This document shows, piece after piece, positions 8,270 to 17,476 of a stretch of 64,000 bases of DNA. Position 1 is the stretch's first letter; each line of letters begins with the position of its first letter. The notes under the pieces are model-generated. The model searched no databases and was not told the DNA's origin. It saw only the letters and a program-made list of their open reading frames with translations. Location of the stretch: the IMG/VR virus record IMGVR_UViG_3300017766_002493, positions 32,001 to 96,000 of that record; one strand, written 5' to 3'. This DNA comes from a virus. The position numbers were made by a program, and so were the translations under genes.

Positions 8270-11044
8270 TTACTTTTTCTTCTCCTTATTTTTTTGTTTT
8301 GCTTTCTCGTCATACTTGTTTTTATTCTCTCTAGCTATCTGTAAATCAACATCTTTAAGGTTTCTTTGATTCTGTAACTTTTCTCTTTCTAGATTTACTT
8401 TTTCTCTAAACTGGGATTGTTTATTAACCTCTTTAGTTTTATCAAAATTCATGATTTGATTAAACTCATTAGACTGTTGAATTTTATCTAGAGTATCTTG
8501 GAAATCACTCTGCATATTCTGATTAATATCTTGCATAGCACCATAGCCTGCAGATTTAATCTCAGCAACCAAGATATCTTTTCTTCTATTCTTTTCTTCT
8601 TCAAGAGCTTTAGCATCAAGCTCCATTTGTTTTTCTTTGGTACGCTGTTCAACTTCCATCTGCTTCATCTGTTGCTCATGCTGCATTTGTTCTTGACGAG
8701 CTGCGTTAGCTTTATCTTCTATTCCTTTCAATGTAGAAGAAAGCTCAGATAAAGAGTTACTTTGTATAACTTCACCAAGATCATAGATACTTGCGCCGGC
8801 TGTATTATTACTCATAGCCAATTGACGCATTTGTTCTAGTAATGCTCTATGATTGGATCTAGTTGTAGCGTAAACATTTATATCTCTTAGCAATAAAGTA
8901 GTACCATTTATCTCAAAGTTTACTTTTTCTTCTTTGCTAGTCATGTATTGTAATCTTAAAGAAGGTTTTTTAGAATGGTAAAACTGTGCTAAATCAGTTC
9001 TCATCTGGTGTACTCTAGGCATTAGATAATCAGAGTGTTGTATAAAATACATCTCTGTTTGAGCATAAGATCCAGCCACAGCTTGTTCTATACCTTTAGC
9101 TGTTTCAGTTTGTCCTATTTGCTGACCCATTCTCTGAGGAGTAATACCTATAACTTCAAAAGCTTGTTGCTTAAAATAGTTAGCCATCTGAATCCTAGAC
9201 ATCATCCTTTGAGTTTGCTCTAGATTCATCACTTGGAAGTGTTGGAAATTTAAAGCATTTTCTGTATTAGTGATGCTCGTATCTAGAGGTAGCATTTGGA
9301 AATTCTTCATTGCTACATAGGCTTTTGCTAAATTATTTTTACCCCAATCTTCACCCAAGGAATGTCTAGGTAAAGCATTCTGATCCAACATGATCACGGT
9401 GCCCAATTCATCTACCAGGATATCTGCTATCTGATTGTTAACAATGTTGTATCCAATCTGATAAGGTTTCATCAAATCTACTAAAGCTGTAGATCTAGTA
9501 TTTCTATCTCCAAATACAGATCCTTCTACCGGCAATTTGCATCCATACAAAGTATTATCACCTTTGAATTGGAATCTAAGTGGACCAATAACATTTTTAT
9601 CAATGCCTAGGTAAATAGGATTTACACCACCTGGATTATTCATACCCCAGAATGTAGGATGATTAGGGCCAATTTTTACTCCGCCCCAAGTTTGATTAAT
9701 CCAAATCCAATCTATATGCTCTCCAAATACTAAGGTGTCTTTGTTTTTATTTTTAACAAGCATGTTGTTATAAACAGGCTTATCTGTTACTTTATAAGTT
9801 TCATCTACTACATCAGTAATAACTTCACCTGCTTCTGTAACTCTAGTTAGATGACCTACTTTACGCTGAGACTTCCAATAACAAGTAGTTACACGAAGCA
9901 TGTAAGCCATACCCATATCAAAGTAATCTTCCGATTCACCCATGATCCAGTTAACAATATCTCCACCATTGTAGACAAAATTATCCCACATAGATACAAA
10001 TTGTCTATAAGCTAATGATGGCATATTAACATTCCACTCATGGCTTTTTGTAGCATCGTAATAAGCACCATCATTTTGGTATCCTTGAATAGGATAACCA
10101 GCTGATCTAACCGGGTAGATAGCCTCTATAGATTCTAACTGCTCTTGGTTCATGATATAGCCGTACTTGTCTATAACATCTGCCACAGTCATCATCTCAA
10201 TTTTACCAACCCAATTACCTTGGGAGATATATCTTACATCAGGTGATTTATGGTAGAAAGTTAATACAGGATTCCACAATTCTACATCATAATCATCTTC
10301 CATCATCCTAAAGTGCCAGAATTCTCTATCAGTAATTAAGCTATCTCTGAATCCTCTTTCTTCTAGCTCATCCATTCTAAATCTTTCTTCATCAATAGCT
10401 AACTGATGAGAAGCCCATTCTTCTGCAACATTTCTGTAGCTTTTGCTAAAAAAGTCTTGAATCTCTGGTAATGTTTTTAGATTTTCGGGAGCCAATTGTT
10501 GTTGCATCTGCTGTTGCATCTCAGGATCATTAGGATCTGCACCAGATTCTAACATCTTAGTTATCAACATATTTTGAGCATCTTCCAATAATACAGCTTC
10601 AATAGCTGCGCGTTTCTGCTCCATCAATTCGTTGTAAGAATACTCATCAACAGCTGTAAAAGATATCTTGCTATTTCTTTTAGCAAACTCAGCTGTCATG
10701 GTATTAATAACATTAGGAATAATTGGATAAAACTTTAACTCTAAAGCTGTTGAATCATCTTTAGTTAAAGTCTCAACCAGATCGCGCATCTCGTTATCTT
10801 CTTGAACAATATAATCAGTTTTATCAATGATCCCTTTAGCAAGCTTATAATTTTTCATAAGCCTTCTAGCATTTCTTCTGATTTGCTTAAGACCTTGCCA
10901 CTCAAGCCAGTCCATGTTCCAAGACACCCATTCTTTGTCTTTTTCACTTCTTGGAATAAATTGAACAGGTTGAGTAATACTACCCATCCTGTTATACTCA
11001 GCTTTAGCTCCTGATTTGAGCTGCATTGCATTTAATACTTTCAT
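8270..11044 (-). CDS. Portal protein
   Basis: 924 aa next to terminase; FYPIIPNVIN, LVDLMKPYQ..YN, GITPQRMG motifs and C-terminal coiled coil typical of crAss-like portals. Confidence 0.85.
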   Translation of the reverse strand: MKVLNAMQLKSGAKAEYNRMGSITQPVQFIPRSEKDKEWVSWNMDWLEWQGLKQIRRNARRLMKNYKLAKGIIDKTDYIVQEDNEMRDLVETLTKDDSTALELKFYPIIPNVINTMTAEFAKRNSKISFTAVDEYSYNELMEQKRAAIEAVLLEDAQNMLITKMLESGADPNDPEMQQQMQQQLAPENLKTLPEIQDFFSKSYRNVAEEWASHQLAIDEERFRMDELEERGFRDSLITDREFWHFRMMEDDYDVELWNPVLTFYHKSPDVRYISQGNWVGKIEMMTVADVIDKYGYIMNQEQLESIEAIYPVRSAGYPIQGYQNDGAYYDATKSHEWNVNMPSLAYRQFVSMWDNFVYNGGDIVNWIMGESEDYFDMGMAYMLRVTTCYWKSQRKVGHLTRVTEAGEVITDVVDETYKVTDKPVYNNMLVKNKNKDTLVFGEHIDWIWINQTWGGVKIGPNHPTFWGMNNPGGVNPIYLGIDKNVIGPLRFQFKGDNTLYGCKLPVEGSVFGDRNTRSTALVDLMKPYQIGYNIVNNQIADILVDELGTVIMLDQNALPRHSLGEDWGKNNLAKAYVAMKNFQMLPLDTSITNTENALNFQHFQVMNLEQTQRMMSRIQMANYFKQQAFEVIGITPQRMGQQIGQTETAKGIEQAVAGSYAQTEMYFIQHSDYLMPRVHQMRTDLAQFYHSKKPSLRLQYMTSKEEKVNFEINGTTLLLRDINVYATTRSNHRALLEQMRQLAMSNNTAGASIYDLGEVIQSNSLSELSSTLKGIEDKANAARQEQMQHEQQMKQMEVEQRTKEKQMELDAKALEEEKNRRKDILVAEIKSAGYGAMQDINQNMQSDFQDTLDKIQQSNEFNQIMNFDKTKEVNKQSQFREKVNLEREKLQNQRNLKDVDLQIARENKNKYDEKAKQKNKEKKK

Positions 11045-11045
11045 C

Positions 11046-13250
11046 TTATCTTATATTTTTAAACATATTTCTTGGAGGCTTACCACCGGAAATAGAATTC
11101 CCCTTCCCCATATGGCGAAAAGGACTGCTCACTAATTTATATAAATTATTCTCTTTTTGCAAAGATTTTGTTTGTATATGTTCAACTCTTTTCTTTAGAC
11201 CCCTATTAGATTGCTGAATCTTTGCAAAAGCAATCAAAGCAGCTAAAGAAACTAATCTATCGACATTGACACCATCATCATAAGCTTCCATCTCTTTCAT
11301 GGCCATAACATCAGGTATCCTTGATATACCATAGGTTCTTTTTACCACTGTTCCATCTTCCTTGGTTTCAACATCAATCTCTTCTTTTAAAAATTCAATA
11401 AGATAACTAAGTAAGTGTGTTTTAAATAAAATACCAGTATTCTTCCAGCCATATTCTTGATAAACATTTCTATTAGCTCCAAGGTCTTTTAGAAACATTA
11501 TTTGATCTTTAGGTACTAGGTATTTTTGTTTATGCTTACTAATCATATATTGAATGAACAAAGATATATTGTTTTCTATGATTGTCCATGCATTATACCA
11601 TTCAATTATTAACTCTAATCTTTCATGGGTTCTATTTATATCGTCAAATCTACCACACCAGGCCGCAACAATTTTATCATGTTCTATAAAAGTTTCTACT
11701 AATTCTCCTTTAATTCTCTTTACTTCTACAGCTCTTTTGTAAACATAGATGGAACAAAGAGATTCTGATGTAGTTGTTTTACCTTCTGATACTGGGTCAA
11801 TTGATGCGTAGTATGTGCCCCATTCAGCATTTTTATCGGGTTTTTCCCAGACAACTATTGCACCTGTTTTATCTTCTGTGTCTTTAGTTATTGGAAACTC
11901 AGATATAGGTATTTTATTTGTAAGCTTATGTTCTATCTTGTTATCTACTAGATTCCTGTGTAACTCTACAAGCTCATATGGAAAATCTTTATCAAGTATT
12001 TTTCTTTTATGAGTGCCTACTAATTCCATTGGAAATATAGAAACTTTTCTATAAGCAAATGCTTCGCTTATATTAATTGGGTGCTGAGATATACGAAGCT
12101 GATATTTTTCTGGAGATAAATCTTTTTTCCAAGTTTTTCTCATAATAGCAATAGCTTCTAAAGCTTCTTCTACTTTAGAATTACCATACTCATCAATGTA
12201 AGGAGGCATAGACCACTGCTCTGGAATAAATAATCCGGTGATTGCTACAGTGCCCTGATCATCTAGTAGATTTGTTTCTACTCCATATATATCATTAGAT
12301 AAAGGTCTAAGTATCATTTCTTTTAAAGGAACACACTGATCTAAATCACCCACAGATCCTGCTGCAATAAATAAACCTGTAGTCATATGACCAGATTGTA
12401 GAGCAGGTCTAAGGAACTCATAAGTCTGATCCATCTTAGGAGCAATACCTGCTTCTTCGTGGAAGAATATGGTACAAGGTCCACCGACACCCGCCGTTGG
12501 ATCTTTCTCAAAAGTTAACATGGACATTACACCTTTTAAACCTTTTAAGAACTTTCTACCTTGAGTGCTCATCTCTTCTATCTGCTGTTGCCAGTTACCT
12601 ATTTTACCAGGATTCATTGGTCGGTACCAAGCCGTATGCTGATTTAAAAAAGATCTATATTCTTCTAGAAATTTCCAAGAACCTTTCTCATTAATATAAT
12701 CTTTTAAGCTGGCGCCCATTTTAAGAATAGGTGTTTCTTCAAACCAAAGAGTATTAATAAGTTTAGCACAGTGAAAATAAGAAGAAGCTATCTGTCTTTT
12801 CTTTAGAATAGCAGCATGCTTATAATTTAACTCAGCTAGTAACTCATATAGAGCCATATGATACTGAGCATCCCTGATAGAAGCAAAGTCAAACTTTTTT
12901 TGCTCTTTATCATTGATTCTTAAAAAGTTAAGGAACATGTAATAGTCTCTAGGTATATACCAAACTTTACCATTGTTTTTATAAATAGCTCCTTTTCTAC
13001 ACTTTGTTTTTTGATCGTCCCAATAGTTTATAAAGTCTCTGCTTTTAAAAGGTGATCCACAATAAAATCCATTTTTATTAAAATTCCTAGCTTGCTGATT
13101 AAACAATAAAGATGTTTCATCAAACTCGTATTTACCAGGTTCTTTAAAACAAGTATGGACAAATTCTCTAAAGTCATCTCTTGTTTCAAAAGATGTTGTT
13201 GTCCAGGTACCGTTTTCCCAAGTAGGAACTTCTATAAAAGGATTACTCAT
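11046..13250 (-). CDS. terL: Terminase large subunit
   Basis: Walker A-like ILKKRQIASS, Walker B IFFHEEAG, nuclease SIDP, IIENN and C-terminal NVDRL. Confidence 0.9.
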   Translation of the reverse strand: MSNPFIEVPTWENGTWTTTSFETRDDFREFVHTCFKEPGKYEFDETSLLFNQQARNFNKNGFYCGSPFKSRDFINYWDDQKTKCRKGAIYKNNGKVWYIPRDYYMFLNFLRINDKEQKKFDFASIRDAQYHMALYELLAELNYKHAAILKKRQIASSYFHCAKLINTLWFEETPILKMGASLKDYINEKGSWKFLEEYRSFLNQHTAWYRPMNPGKIGNWQQQIEEMSTQGRKFLKGLKGVMSMLTFEKDPTAGVGGPCTIFFHEEAGIAPKMDQTYEFLRPALQSGHMTTGLFIAAGSVGDLDQCVPLKEMILRPLSNDIYGVETNLLDDQGTVAITGLFIPEQWSMPPYIDEYGNSKVEEALEAIAIMRKTWKKDLSPEKYQLRISQHPINISEAFAYRKVSIFPMELVGTHKRKILDKDFPYELVELHRNLVDNKIEHKLTNKIPISEFPITKDTEDKTGAIVVWEKPDKNAEWGTYYASIDPVSEGKTTTSESLCSIYVYKRAVEVKRIKGELVETFIEHDKIVAAWCGRFDDINRTHERLELIIEWYNAWTIIENNISLFIQYMISKHKQKYLVPKDQIMFLKDLGANRNVYQEYGWKNTGILFKTHLLSYLIEFLKEEIDVETKEDGTVVKRTYGISRIPDVMAMKEMEAYDDGVNVDRLVSLAALIAFAKIQQSNRGLKKRVEHIQTKSLQKENNLYKLVSSPFRHMGKGNSISGGKPPRNMFKNIR

Positions 13251-13464
13251 GTATCATTTTTTTAATAAGAGCTTTATCACCATTAGTCTTCAAAATTATA
13301 TCCACTAAAGTACTATGCTTTTTGGAAGTAATTTTGTTTACTAATTTACCATTAAAATAATCTATTGAATCTTCTCTTTTAAAAGCAGTCCAAAGATTTT
13401 GAATATGGTTATAATGGAATAACCAGTCATAGAGGTTGTTTTTATTTTTCATATTATTGATCAT
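13243..13464 (-). CDS. Hypothetical protein
   Basis: 73-aa ORF overlapping both neighbours. Confidence 0.55.
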   Translation of the reverse strand: MINNMKNKNNLYDWLFHYNHIQNLWTAFKREDSIDYFNGKLVNKITSKKHSTLVDIILKTNGDKALIKKMIHE

Positions 13465-13966
13465 AAGCTAAATCTGCGCCACCGCGGTTTCTACCTTTTT
13501 GTTCTTCTTGCAAGTCCTTAAAGATACCTTTAAAAGAGTTGCGTATAGCCTCAAAGTTTTTAGCAGCTGCTAACACTGCAGGCAAGTTTCCATCTCTACC
13601 ATGGGTAAGCGGTGTATTCTCCATGTAGTCTGCTAGTCTATCCATCATCTTGGCCATCCCACTATAAGCTCTAAGTGTAGGAGTTTCATATAACTTAATA
13701 CACTTTTCTAGAGCCTGTACAATTTCATCTTCGTCTGTAGAAAAATCAGCATCTATTTCTTTTAATATCATATCCTCTTTTTCATCTTCCGGCATATTAA
13801 AAAAAGGATTTAAATCTTCATTTCTACAGCTCATATAAAACAAATACTTATAAACTGTGAGATAGTCATCAGGATGTTTATCCATAATAACTTTTAAAAA
13901 GTTAAGAGAATAACAATGCTCTGTTGGTATAAGTTTATCTCCTTGTATATCGAATAGTTTTATCAT
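13454..13966 (-). CDS. Conserved protein upstream of TerL (possible small terminase)
   Basis: 170-aa helical ORF; function inferred from position only. Confidence 0.45.
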   Translation of the reverse strand: MIKLFDIQGDKLIPTEHCYSLNFLKVIMDKHPDDYLTVYKYLFYMSCRNEDLNPFFNMPEDEKEDMILKEIDADFSTDEDEIVQALEKCIKLYETPTLRAYSGMAKMMDRLADYMENTPLTHGRDGNLPAVLAAAKNFEAIRNSFKGIFKDLQEEQKGRNRGGADLAYDQ

Positions 13967-14071
13967 GTTTTTGTTTTTTAAGTTTTTCTACCGTTGGGCA
14001 AGAAACACTTTTAGGTTTTTTATCTTCTATTTTATTTTTCCAAAATTGTTGTTGCTGATATTCATCATTGC

Positions 14072-14320
14072 TCATTTTATACCTCTTACTTCTCGGTTAT
14101 GTAATATTTTAAATTCTTCATAAGGAATATTTAAACAATAGGCTACACTATATGGTAAAACTACAATTGTATAAGGTTCAAGTTCACCATCTTCTGTATA
14201 GGATTCTCTATAAGCAATAACGCTGAATAAATCTATTGTGCAATTTGCAATTATTAATTGTTCTATTCCTAAATCTTCTTTTAGCTTAATGTTTTCTAAC
14301 ACTACTTCAAAATCTGTCAT
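14072..14320 (-). CDS. Hypothetical protein
   Basis: 82-aa ORF in the operon. Confidence 0.55.
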   Translation of the reverse strand: MTDFEVVLENIKLKEDLGIEQLIIANCTIDLFSVIAYRESYTEDGELEPYTIVVLPYSVAYCLNIPYEEFKILHNREVRGIK

Positions 14321-14323
14321 AAT

Positions 14324-15157
14324 CTATTTTTTAATTAAGTTATTTCTATTATCATGTAACCAATTGATCATATCAATTACTTCTTTCTTCAAATAAGGTA
14401 AATCATATGGAACAATGTTTTTTACTATTGGTTCTCCTTTATCATTTCTTTTTGCTACAGGATAACCATATTCATCAATTGATTCTGATTCAAAGATAAT
14501 ATGATGAATTTGAATTTTACCAGAATTATATCGCGGATTGTGTTTTAATATTATATACATATACACACTCAACTGTAAAGCATAGTGATTGTAATTACAA
14601 TTGTCTAGATGGTTGCAACAGTGCAACATCTTTTCTTTTTTACCTTCCCAATTTTTAAAACTTTCTGTTTTTATTTCTTTGTTGGTTTTGTAATCGTATA
14701 TATCTACAAGATTTTTAATTACTTCTACTCTATCAGATTGGCCACAAATACCAGCAGATTTTAAATAAGCAAAATGCTCAGGATAAATTCCTTCTACTAG
14801 TTTTTGCTCTGGAGCTATCTTAAGATCTCCTTCATAGATAGGTCTTATTATTGAAAGATCTCGTCCTGCTCTATTAATAGTATTGTGTCCCAGAGTATCT
14901 TCTTCTCTTTGGTTATGATACCAGGTTCCTAAATCAGTAGCTCTTTTACCTTCTTTTTCCCATATAGTTTCTATAACCTCTGGGGATAAACCGTACCACT
15001 TAGATTTTCTATTTCCTGATGCTTTTAATGCTGCAGCTTTTGAATCAAACTGAGGTTTAAATTGAGAGATAAATGTTGTAACACTTATCCAATCTATATT
15101 TTCATTAGGATCAAGACTCTGATACTTGTGATTTTGTGCTTGAAAAGTTACTGACAT
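14324..15157 (-). CDS. PD-(D/E)XK (Cas4-like) nuclease
   Basis: SVTT, GTWYH, GQSDR, IYDYKTNK and YALQLSVY motifs. Confidence 0.85.
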   Translation of the reverse strand: MSVTFQAQNHKYQSLDPNENIDWISVTTFISQFKPQFDSKAAALKASGNRKSKWYGLSPEVIETIWEKEGKRATDLGTWYHNQREEDTLGHNTINRAGRDLSIIRPIYEGDLKIAPEQKLVEGIYPEHFAYLKSAGICGQSDRVEVIKNLVDIYDYKTNKEIKTESFKNWEGKKEKMLHCCNHLDNCNYNHYALQLSVYMYIILKHNPRYNSGKIQIHHIIFESESIDEYGYPVAKRNDKGEPIVKNIVPYDLPYLKKEVIDMINWLHDNRNNLIKK

Positions 15158-15189
15158 TTTGAGTTGGTGTTTGAGTTGGTTTTAAATTA

Positions 15190-15519
15190 CTAGTCTTTAT
15201 CAGGATCATAGTTTATTTTAGCATAGTAGATGTCTTCTTCTGCATAGGTCATAAGAGCTTTCCATTTAGGACCTTTTGGATGTGGACACTCTGAAGCTAG
15301 TGATCTTGCTTTTAGAGATAACTTACAACCACATTCTCCACAACAAGGTTGGCTTCCTGGTAAAACACATTTGGATCCTTCCCTGTCTACTAATTCACAA
15401 TCATCACAAATAGCTAATCTATCAAAAGCTATTCTTTCTATTTTAGGATGTTTTATCCAAGTATTTCTAATACCCTCTATAATTTGTTTTCTATTCTTCC
15501 AAATTTTTATGAGATTCAT
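15190..15519 (-). CDS. Cys-rich Zn-binding protein
   Basis: ICDDC..CGECGC.L..K.R....ECP..KW pattern. Confidence 0.7.
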   Translation of the reverse strand: MNLIKIWKNRKQIIEGIRNTWIKHPKIERIAFDRLAICDDCELVDREGSKCVLPGSQPCCGECGCKLSLKARSLASECPHPKGPKWKALMTYAEEDIYYAKINYDPDKD

Positions 15520-15922
15520 TACTTTGTTTTTTAGATTTAACTTCTTTCTTTTTCACCTTATCTTCTTTTATAACTTCTACAAGTTTTAAAAGATTTTCTA
15601 ATCTCTTTTCTATTTCAACTTTCCACTGATGTTTGAGAAAAGTCATATTCTCAGGATCATTATTTTCTAAGAATGTTTTATGCATATTCAAGGTTTCTTC
15701 TACCAGGGATTCTTTAATCCTAAAAGATCCAAACTTTGCAACTACAACTCTAGGAGATTTAGTTTCTGTCAGCGCTTTTCTTACTTCCTTCCAATAAATA
15801 TCAACTATATCTTGCACTGTATTTTCAGATACCTCAAATTCTTTAGCAACTTCAGGTATAAAACTATTACTTTTTCTAGGCAGCAATGTATACAAATTTA
15901 AAATCCAAACAAATATTACCAT
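15491..15922 (-). CDS. HU/IHF-like DNA-binding protein (true start probably later)
   Basis: EVAKEFEVS...V..IV...W.EVRKAL....RV....FGSF resembles the HU/IHF fold. Confidence 0.65.
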   Translation of the reverse strand: MVIFVWILNLYTLLPRKSNSFIPEVAKEFEVSENTVQDIVDIYWKEVRKALTETKSPRVVVAKFGSFRIKESLVEETLNMHKTFLENNDPENMTFLKHQWKVEIEKRLENLLKLVEVIKEDKVKKKEVKSKKQSNESHKNLEE

Positions 15923-16238
15923 CGGCCTGTATCTTAAGCTCAGGATTCAATGATATTTTCTTTTTGTTTTTACCTTCTTTTACAATAAAACTGGTTTTCT
16001 CCATTTTTGTTAAACAGTTTCTAACAGATTGAGTTGTTTTAAAAATCTTTTTGTTAGAAGCTTGTACGCAAAAATCTGCTAAGTCAAATTCACCTGTAAC
16101 TCCTAGTAGAGTAAGGCAATCCAACTCAGCCTCACTCATTACTATTTTATTAAGATAGCAATGAGTAAGCAGCTGAAATTTAACAATATCCCAGAGATTA
16201 AGCTTTTGACGCTTGTCAACTAGATTAACTTTTGGCAT
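15876..16238 (-). CDS. Winged-helix DNA-binding protein
   Basis: QSVRNCLTKMEKTSFIVKEG recognition helix and wing pattern. Confidence 0.55.
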   Translation of the reverse strand: MPKVNLVDKRQKLNLWDIVKFQLLTHCYLNKIVMSEAELDCLTLLGVTGEFDLADFCVQASNKKIFKTTQSVRNCLTKMEKTSFIVKEGKNKKKISLNPELKIQADGNICLDFKFVYIAA

Positions 16239-16253
16239 TGATAAAATTTTTAA

Positions 16254-16538
16254 TTACTGAGTTTTTAATTTTCTTGACTTAGGAGCCTGCTCAACAGGTT
16301 GCTCTTCTTCCTCTGGTTCTACCTCTGCTGGAGGAGGATTAGTCAAATTTGCACCTCTAACAATAGCTACCAGTCTTCTTAATCTAGCTTCTTCAATATC
16401 GGCTAGTAAGTTATCATAATGTTTTCTTTTTTCTAAAAGAGGTATTTCCTCTTCATAAAACTGAAGCATAATTTCCCTTTGTTTTTGGATTTCTTCAGGG
16501 GTTGCTTGTCTGTCTTGCGCGTTGGTTTCTTCTGACAT
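16254..16538 (-). CDS. Hypothetical coiled-coil protein
   Basis: 94-aa ORF with TATATTTG upstream (16567-16574, minus strand). Confidence 0.6.
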   Translation of the reverse strand: MSEETNAQDRQATPEEIQKQREIMLQFYEEEIPLLEKRKHYDNLLADIEEARLRRLVAIVRGANLTNPPPAEVEPEEEEQPVEQAPKSRKLKTQ

Positions 16539-16659
16539 GGCTATAATATTTTAAATTAAACTTAGACAAATATAATAAGATAAGTTTAAACTTCCAAGAG
16601 TTAAATAAAAAAAATCCCTAGATTTCTCTAGGGAGCAATTTAAAATATGTAGTAAGTAA

Positions 16660-16893
16660 TTATTCTTCTTTCTTATCTTCTGTAAAGAAGTTTGTAATAA
16701 ACTTACCAGCTACACCTAATACAAAAGCTACTACAATTATAGCTTTTACTTCTTTAGGGGTAAAGATTTCTTTCATCTTATCATACTCTAATAGAGCACC
16801 TGCTGTTATAAAAGTCCCGGTAGCTAAGATAGCATCACCAATCTTTCTCCACTTTTTAGGAGTTGGAGCCCAATATTTATCTTTTAGTTTCAT
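16660..16893 (-). CDS. Holin-like two-TM protein
   Basis: PTPKKWRKIGDAIL followed by two hydrophobic helices and a charged tail. Confidence 0.6.
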   Translation of the reverse strand: MKLKDKYWAPTPKKWRKIGDAILATGTFITAGALLEYDKMKEIFTPKEVKAIIVVAFVLGVAGKFITNFFTEDKKEE

Positions 16894-16894
16894 A

Positions 16895-17200
16895 TTAGTG
16901 TTTTACTGCTGCTTGTAATTGAATTTGAACTAGTTGCTCAACACTTGCTGAGAGTTTTGTTACTGTTTGTGCTAGTGTTCTTAGTTCTAACTGAGTAGTT
17001 TGCTCTAGTCTTTTTACATCACTGTTAAGCTGTAGTTCTACTAGCTCTATTCTACCTTTGTTTTTACCAACCTCTTCTATTGCTTTTTTAGTATCACCGT
17101 GGATTATCTTTAAAAAGTATCCTAATATTAAGAGTAGGATTCCAATTAATCCTCCTGCTATACCCATAATAGTTTCTGCTAATTCCAATGTCATATGCAT
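16895..17200 (-). CDS. Membrane-anchored coiled-coil protein (holin-like)
   Basis: N-terminal TM helix then heptad repeats; TATATTTG upstream at 17226-17233. Confidence 0.55.
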   Translation of the reverse strand: MHMTLELAETIMGIAGGLIGILLLILGYFLKIIHGDTKKAIEEVGKNKGRIELVELQLNSDVKRLEQTTQLELRTLAQTVTKLSASVEQLVQIQLQAAVKH

Positions 17201-17273
17201 AATAAATAAATATATAATAATATAACAAATATAATTTATATTTCAAAGGAATGCAAACAAAAAAAGGTAGAGA

Positions 17274-17444
17274 TTAATCTACCTTTTCTAATGTTTTTTC
17301 ACTTGTCTTTTCTAGTTCTTTAGCTATTACTATTAAAGCTGTTTGAACTGCTTGGTGATCTTTAAGATTACCTACAAAAGCTGCTGCAACATTTTGAATA
17401 ATTTTGAGAGCTTCTTCTTTAGACATTTGAACTTGTTCACTCAT
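17274..17444 (-). CDS. Small helical protein (56 aa, not in ORF track)
   Basis: Manual translation MSEQVQMSKEEALKIIQNVAAAFVGNLKDHQAVQTAL...; AAACCAAC leader. Confidence 0.6.
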   Translation of the reverse strand: MSEQVQMSKEEALKIIQNVAAAFVGNLKDHQAVQTALIVIAKELEKTSEKTLEKVD

Positions 17445-17476
17445 GGTTGTTGGTTTTTAATGAGCAAATATAATAA